Part shown: one piece after another, positions 56,746 to 64,000 of the stretch
Numbering within the stretch: position 1 is the first letter of the stretch
How the letters are laid out: every line of letters begins with the position of its first letter
Assembly: GCF_009914755.1 (NCBI RefSeq)
Contig: NC_060933.1
DNA length: 64,000 nt
Strand: one strand, 5' to 3'
Source of the DNA: the human T2T-CHM13v2.0 reference genome, Homo sapiens
The notes under the pieces: model-generated
The model's database searches: none
What the model was told of the DNA's origin: nothing
What the model saw: the letters and a program-made list of their open reading frames with translations, nothing else
Made by a program: the position numbers and the translations under genes

Positions 56746-59700
56746 TCAACTCCCTTACTCTCCATTACATTCCATTCCATTCGGGTTGTTCTATTCCATT
56801 CCATTCCATTCCACTCCATTCCATTGCACTCGGGTTGATTCCATTCCATTCCATTCCATTCCATTCCATTCCGGATGATTCCATTCCATTGCATTCCGTT
56901 CCATTACATTCCCCTGCACTCGCGTTGATTCCATTCCATTCCATTCTATTCCATTCAATTCCATTCCATTGCAATTCGTTCCATTCCATTCTATTCCGTA
57001 CCATTCCATTCCATTCCATACCATTCCATTCCATTCCATTCCATTCCATTCCATTCCATTCCGTTCCATTCCGTTGCATTCCATTCCATTCCATTCTATT
57101 CGGGTTATTCCCATTCCATTCCATTCCATTCCATTCTATTCCATTCCATTGCAATCGAGTTGAATCCATTGCATTTCATTCCATTCCATTCCATTCCATT
57201 CCATTCCGGAAGATTCCATTCCATTGCATTCCATTACATTCCAATCCCCTACACTCGCGTTGATTCCATTCCATTCCATTCCATTCCATTCCATTCCATT
57301 CCGTTCCGTTCCGTTCCGTTCCGTTCCATTCCATTCCATTCCATTCCATTCCATTCCATTCCGTTCCGTTCCATTCCATTCCATTCCATTCTATTCGGGT
57401 TAATTCCATTCCATTCCATTCGATTGCAATCGTGTTGATTCCATTCCATTCCATTCCATTCCATTCCATTCCATTCCATTCCTTTCCATTCCATTACGGA
57501 TGATTCCATTCCATTGCATTCCATTCCATTTCATTCCCCTGTACTCGAGTTGATTCCATTCCATTGCATTCCAATGCATGCCCTTCCACTCGTGTTGACT
57601 CCATTCTTTCCATTCCATTCAATTTGAATCCATTCCATTGCATTCCATTCCATTCGATTCCATTCGATTGCACTCGGGTTGATTCCATTCCATTGCATTC
57701 CATTCCATTCCATTCCATTCCATTCCATTCCATTCCGTTCCATTCCATTCCATTACATTCGGATTGATTCTATTCAATTCCCTTACACTCCATTACATTC
57801 CATTCCATTCGGGTAGTTTCCATTCCATTCCATTCCATTCCTCTCCATTCCATTGCACTCGGGTTGATTCCATTCCATTGCATTCCATTCCATTCCATTC
57901 AATTCCATTCCGTTCCTTTCCATTCCATTACATTCGGATTGACTCTATTCAACTCCCTTACTCTCCATTATATTCCATTCCATTCGGGTTGTTCCATTCC
58001 ATTCCATTCCATTCAACTCCATTCCATTGCACTCGGGTTTATTCCATTCCATTCCATTCCATTCCATTCCATTCCATTCCATTCCATTCCGGAACATTCC
58101 ATTCCATTGCATTCCATTCCATTCCATTCCCCTGCACTCGCGTTGATTCCATTCCATTCCATTCCATTCCATTCCATTCCTTTCCTTTCCATTCCATTCC
58201 ATTCCATTCCATTCCGTTCCGTTCCGTTCCGTTCCGTTCCATTCCATTCCATTCCATTCCATTCTATTCCGGTTAATTCCATTCCATTCCATTCGATTGC
58301 AATCGAGTTGATTCCATTCCATTCCATTCCATTCCATTCCATTCCATTCCTTTCCATTCCATTACGGATGATTCCATTCCATTGCATTCCATTCCATTCC
58401 ATTCCCCTGTACTCGGGTTGATTCCATTCCATTCCATTCCAATCCATGCCATTCCACTCGTGTTGATTCCATTCTTTCCATTCCATTCCAGTTGAATCCA
58501 TTCCATTGCATTCCATTCCATTGGATTCCATTCGATTGCACTCGGGGTGATTCCATTCCATTCCATTCCATTCCATTCCATTCCGTTCCTTTCCATTCCA
58601 TTCCATTCCATTCCGATCCATTCCACTCTGTTCCGTTCCGTTCCATTCCATTCCATTCCATTCTATTCGGGTTAATTCCATTCCATTCCATTCGATTGCA
58701 ATCGAGTTGATTCCATTCCATTCTATTCCATTCCATTCCATTGCTTTCCATTCCATTACGGATGATTCCATTCCATTGCATTCCATTCCATTCCATTCCC
58801 CTGTACTCGGGTTGATTCCATTCCATTCCATTCCAATCCATGCCATTCCACTCGTGTTGATTCCATTCTTTCCATTCCATTCAAGTTGAATCCATTCCAT
58901 TGCATTCCATTCCATTCCATTCCCCTGCAGTCGGGTTGATTCCATTCCATTCCATTCCATTCCATTCCATTCCATTCCGTTACTTTCCATTCCATTCCAT
59001 TCCATTCTATTCGGGTTAATTCCATTCCATTCCATTCCATTCCATTACAATCGAGTTGATTCCATTCCATTCCATTCCATTCCATTCCACTCCATTCCAG
59101 TCCTTTCCATTCCATTCCACTCGGGTTGATTCCATTGTATTCCTTTCCATTCTATTCCATTCCATTGCAATCGAGTTGATTCCATTGCTTTGCATTCCAT
59201 TCCATTCCATTCCATTCCGGATGATTCCATTCCATTGCATTCCATTCCATTCCATTCCCCTGCACTCGGGTTGATTCCATTCCATTCCACTCCATTCTGT
59301 TCCATTCCATTCCATTCCATTGTATTCGGGTTAATTCCATTCCATTCCATTCCATTCCATTCCATTCCATTCCATTCCATTACAATCGAGTTGATTCCAT
59401 TCCATTCCATTCCATTCCAGTCCTTTCCATTCCATTCCACTCGGGTTGATTCCATTCTATTAGTTTCCAATCCATTCCATTCCCTTCCATTCCACTCTGG
59501 TTGATACCATTCCTTTCCATTCCACTCGAATACATTCCCTCCTATTCCACTCGGAACGATTCCATTCCATTCCATTCCATTCCATTCCATTCCATTCCAT
59601 TACATTCCATTTCGTTCCATTACATTCTATTCCGTATCATTCCATTCCATTCCATTCCTTTCCATTCCATTCCATTGTACTCGGGTTGATTCAATTCCAT

Positions 59701-62700
59701 TGCATTCCATTCCATTCCATTCCATTCCATTCCGTTGCATTCCATTCCATTACATTCGGATTGATTCTATTCTACTCCCTTACTCTCCATTACATTCCAC
59801 TCCATTCGGGTTGTTCCATTCCATTCCATTCCATTCCACTCCATTCCATTGCACTCGGGGTGATTCCATTCCATTCCATTCCATTCCATTCCATTCCATT
59901 CCATTCCGGATGATTCCATTCCATTGCATTCCATTCCATTACATTCCCCTGCACTCGCGTTGATTCCATTCCATTCCATTCCATTCCATTCCATTCCATT
60001 CCATTCCATTACAATTCGTTCCATTCCATTCTATTCCGTACCATTCCATTCCATTCCATACCATTCCATTCCATTCCATTCCATTCCATTCCATTCCATT
60101 CCGTTACATTCCGTTCCATTCCATTCCATTCCATTCTATTCGGGTTAATCCCATTCCATTCCATTCCATTCCATTCTATTCCATTCCATTGCAATCGAGT
60201 TGAATCCATTGCATTTCATTCCATTCCATTCCATTCCATTCCGGAAGATTCCATTCCATTGCATTCCGTTCCATGCCATTCCCCTGCACTCGCGTTGATT
60301 CCATTCCATTCCATTCCATTCCATTCCATTCCATTCCATTCCTTTCGGTTCCGTTCCATTCCATTCCATTCCATTCCGTTCCGTTCCGTTCCTTTCCATT
60401 CCATTCCATTCTATTCGGGTTAATTCCATTCCATTCCATTCGACTGCAATCATGTTGATTCCATTCCATTCCATTCCATTCCATTCCATTCCTTTCCATT
60501 CCTTTCCATTCCATTACGGTTGATTGCATTCCATTGCATTCCATTCCATTCCATTCCCCTGTACTCGGGTTGATTCCATTCCATTCCATTCCAATCCATG
60601 CCATTCCACTCGTGTTGATTCCATTCTTTCTATTCCATTCAAGTTGAATCCATTCCATTGCATTCCATTCCATTCCATTCCCCTGCAGTCGGGTTGATTC
60701 CATTCCATTCCATTCCATTCCATTCCATTCCATTCCATTCCATTCCGTTCCGTTCCGTTCCGTTCCATTCCATTCCTTTCCATTCTATTCGGGTTAATTC
60801 CATTCCATTCCATTCCATTCCATTCCATTCCATTCCAATCTAGTTGATTCCATTCCATTCCATTCCATTCCATTCCACTCCATTCCAGTCCTTTCCATTC
60901 CATTCCACTCGGGTTGATTCCAATGTATTCCTTTCCATTCCATTCCATTCCATTGCAATCGAGTTGATTCCATTGCTTTGCATTCCATTCCATTCCATTC
61001 CATTCCGGATGATTCCATTCCATTGCATTCCATTCCATTCCATTCCCCTGCACTCGGGTTGATTCCATTCCATTCCACTCCATTCCGTTCCATTCCATTC
61101 CATTCCATTGTATTCGGGTTAATTCCGTTCCATTCCATTCCATTCCATTCCATTCCATTCCATTACAATCGAGTTTATTGCATTCCATTCCATTCCATTC
61201 CATTCCATTTCAGTGCTTTCCATTGCATTCCACTCGGGTTGATTCCATTCTATTAGTTTCCATTCCATTCCATTCCCTTCCATTCCACTCTGGTTGATTC
61301 CATTCCTTTCCATTCCACTCGAATACATTCCCTCCTATTCCACTCGGAACGATTCCATTCCATTCCAATCCATTCCATTCCATTCCATTCCATTCCATTC
61401 CAGTTCGTTCCATTCCGTTCTATTCCATACCATTCCATTCCATTCCATTCCTTTCCATTCCATTCCCTTCCACTCGTGTTGATTCCATTCCTTTCCATTC
61501 CACTCGGTTTGAAGAGATTCCATTCCATTCCATTCCATTCCATTCCATTCCATTCCATTCCATTCCATTCCATTGCAATCGAGTTGAATCCATTGCCTTT
61601 CATTCCATTCCATTCCATTCCATTCCATTCCGGAAGATTCCACTCCATTGCATTCCATTCCATTCCATTCCCCTGCACTCGCGTTGATTCCATTCCATTC
61701 CATTCCATTCCATTCCATTCCGTTCCGTTCCATTCCATTCCATTCCATTCCATTCCGTTCCGTTCCATTCCATTCCATTCAATTCTATTCGGGTTAATTC
61801 CATTCCATTCCATTCGATTGCCATCGAGTTGATTCCATTCCATTCCGTTCCATTCCATTCCATTCCATTCCATTCCTTTCCATTCCATTACGGATGACTC
61901 CATTCCATTGCATTCCATTCCATTCCATTCCTCTGTACTCGGGTTGATTCCATTCCATTCCATTCACCTCCATTCGGTTCCATGGCGTTCCATTCTATTG
62001 CATTCCATTCTATTCGGGTTAATTCCATTCCATTCTATTCCATTCCATTCGATTCCATTCCATTGCAATGGAGTTGATTCCATTCCATTCCATTCCATTC
62101 CGGATGATTCCATTCCATTGCATTCCATTCCATTCCATTCCCCTGCACTCGGGTTGATTCCATTCCATTCCATTCCATTCCATTCCGTTCCATTCCATTC
62201 CATTCCATTCGGATTGATTTTATTCAATTCCCTTACACTCCATTACATTCCATTCCATTCGGGTAGTTTCCATTCCTTTCCATTCCATTCCTCCCTATTC
62301 CATTGCACTCGGGTTGAATACATTCCATTCCATTCCATTCCATTCCATTCCATTCCATTGTACTCGGGTTGATTCCATTCCATTGCATTCCATTCCATTC
62401 CATTCCATTCCATTGATTCCGTTCCATTCCATTACATTACATTCGGATTGATTCTATTCAACTCCCTTACTCTCCATTACATTCCATTCCATTCGGGTTG
62501 TTCCATTCCATTCCATTCCATTCCACTCCATTCCATTGCACTCGGGTTGATTCCATTCCATTCCATTCCATTCCATTCCATTCCATCCCGGATGATTCCA
62601 TTGCATTGCATTCCGTTCCATTACATTACCCTGCACTCCGGTTGATTCCATTCCATTCCATTCGATTCCATTCGATTCCATTCCATTCCAATTCGTTCCA

Positions 62701-64000
62701 TTCTAATCTATTCCGTACCATTCCATTCCATTCCATACCATTCCATTCCATTCCATAGCATTCCATTCCATTCAATTCCATTCCATTACAATTCGTTCCA
62801 TTCCATTCTATTCCGTACCATTCCATTCCATTCCATACCATTCCATTCCATTCCGTTCCATTCCATTCCATTCCATTCCGTTCCATTCCGTTCCATTCCA
62901 TTCCATTCCATTCTATTCGGGTTAATTCCATTCCATTCCATTCCATTCCATTCTATTCCATTCCATTGCAAACGAGTTGAATCCATTGCATTTCATTCCA
63001 TTCCATTCCATTCCATTCCGAAAGATTCCATTCCATTGCATTCCATTCCATTCCATTCCCCTACACTCGCGTTGATTCCATTCCATTCCATTCCATTCCA
63101 TTCCATTCCGTTCCGTTCCGTTCCGTTCCATTCCATTCCATTCCATTCCATTCCGTTCCGTTCCATTCCATTCCATTCCATTCTATTTGGGTTAATTCCA
63201 TTCCATTCCATTCCATTACATTCGGAATTATTCTATTCAACTCCATTACTCTGCATTACATTCCATTCCATTCGGGTTGTTCCTTTCCATTCCATTCCAT
63301 TCCACTCCATTCCATTGCACTCGGGTTGATTCCATTCCATTCCATTCCATTCCATTCCGGAAGATTCCATTCCATTGCATTCCATTACATTCCATTCCCC
63401 TGCACTCGCGTTGATTCCATTCCTTTCCATTCCATTCCATTCCGTTCCTTTCCGTTCCATTCCATTCCATTCCATTCCGTTCCGTTCCGTTCCGTTCCAT
63501 TCCATTCCATTCCATTCTATTCGGGTTAATTCCATTCCATTCCATTCGATTGCAATCGAGTTGATTCCATTCCATTCTATTCCATTCCATTCCATTCCAT
63601 TCCATTCCTTTCCATTCCATTACGGATGATTCCATTCCATTGCATTCCATTCCATTCCATTCCCCTGTACTCTGGTTGATTCCATTCCATTCCATTCCAA
63701 TCCATGCCATTCCACTCGTGTTGATTCCATTCTTTCCATTCCATTCAAGTTGAATCCATTCCATTGCATTCCATTCCATTCCATTCCCCTGCAGTCGTGT
63801 TGATTCCATTCCATTCCATTCCATTCCATCCCATTTCATTCCGTTCCGTTCCATTTAATTTCATTCCATTCTATTCGGGTTAATTCCATTCCATTCCATT
63901 CCATTCCATTCCATTCCATTCCAATCGAGTTGATTCCATTCCATTCCATTCCATTCCATTCCACTCCATTCCAGTCCTTTCCATTCCATTCCACTCGGGT

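Larger units (their letters stand above)
1..64000. repeat. Classical Satellite III (HSat3) array, diverged (CATTC)n with interspersed A(C/T)TCGGGTTG-type decamers; pericentromeric heterochromatin
   Basis: The CCATT/CATTC pentamer runs from base 1 to 64000 with no unique sequence. Regular interruptions are actcgggttg, attcgggtta, aatcgagttg, actcgcgttg and actcgtgttg. Established knowledge: ATTCC repeats interspersed with A(C/T)TCGGGTTG define satellite 3, whereas HSat2 is dominated by CATTCGATTC, which is only a minor variant here. Confidence 0.98.
1..64000 (-). ncRNA. Potential template for G-rich (GGAAU)n Satellite III stress-induced lncRNA; no transcript boundaries definable
   Basis: Established knowledge: HSF1 drives G-rich-strand SatIII transcription, mainly at 9q12, and the RNA nucleates nuclear stress bodies. 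The G-rich strand here is the minus strand and perfect HSE motifs are present. Transcription of this particular stretch is inference only. Confidence 0.3.

Noticed and set aside
1-64000. CRISPR-like or other repeat-spacer array
   Set aside because: The interruptions are a small recurring set of pentamer-derived motifs, not unique spacers. The repeats vary in length and no cas or other genes are present.
1-64000. HSat2, alpha satellite or telomeric repeat
   Set aside because: CATTCGATTC is only a minor variant. There is no 171-bp AT-rich monomer and no TTAGGG tract.
1-64000. Strand inversion or inserted Alu/L1/other mobile element
   Set aside because: No GGAAT-oriented tract, poly(A) tail or non-pentamer-derived segment was seen. 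The C-rich strand stays on + throughout.
1-64000. A previously undescribed protein-coding or defence system
   Set aside because: Nothing in the window supports one. All information content is satellite variant structure.

Overview
The whole 64 kb window is one uninterrupted block of primate (most likely human) classical Satellite III (HSat3). It consists of diverged (CATTC)n/(GGAAT)n pentamers punctuated by the diagnostic A(C/T)TCGGGTTG decamer and its relatives, with the C-rich strand on + throughout. I see no gene, RNA gene, transposon insertion, CRISPR array, inversion or unique sequence. Every listed ORF (MEWNG/FHSIP repeats) is an artefact of a stop-free pentamer. I found no new protein-based system and do not claim one. 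The real structure is internal to the satellite. (1) A limited vocabulary of fixed-length cassettes recurs in a conserved order, giving a loose unit of about 3.6-3.7 kb that is repeatedly truncated and reshuffled. (2) Local tandem duplications have different periods (about 0.67, 1.4, 2.4, 3.2 and 3.55 kb), and there are dispersed near-identical copies 10-46 kb apart. (3) Two paralogous cassettes keep a near-invariant 175-bp spacing. (4) About 40 cassettes carry aTTCc-gGAAg-aTTCc, which is a perfect three-unit heat-shock element. All coordinates and counts were read by eye, and block boundaries are approximate.
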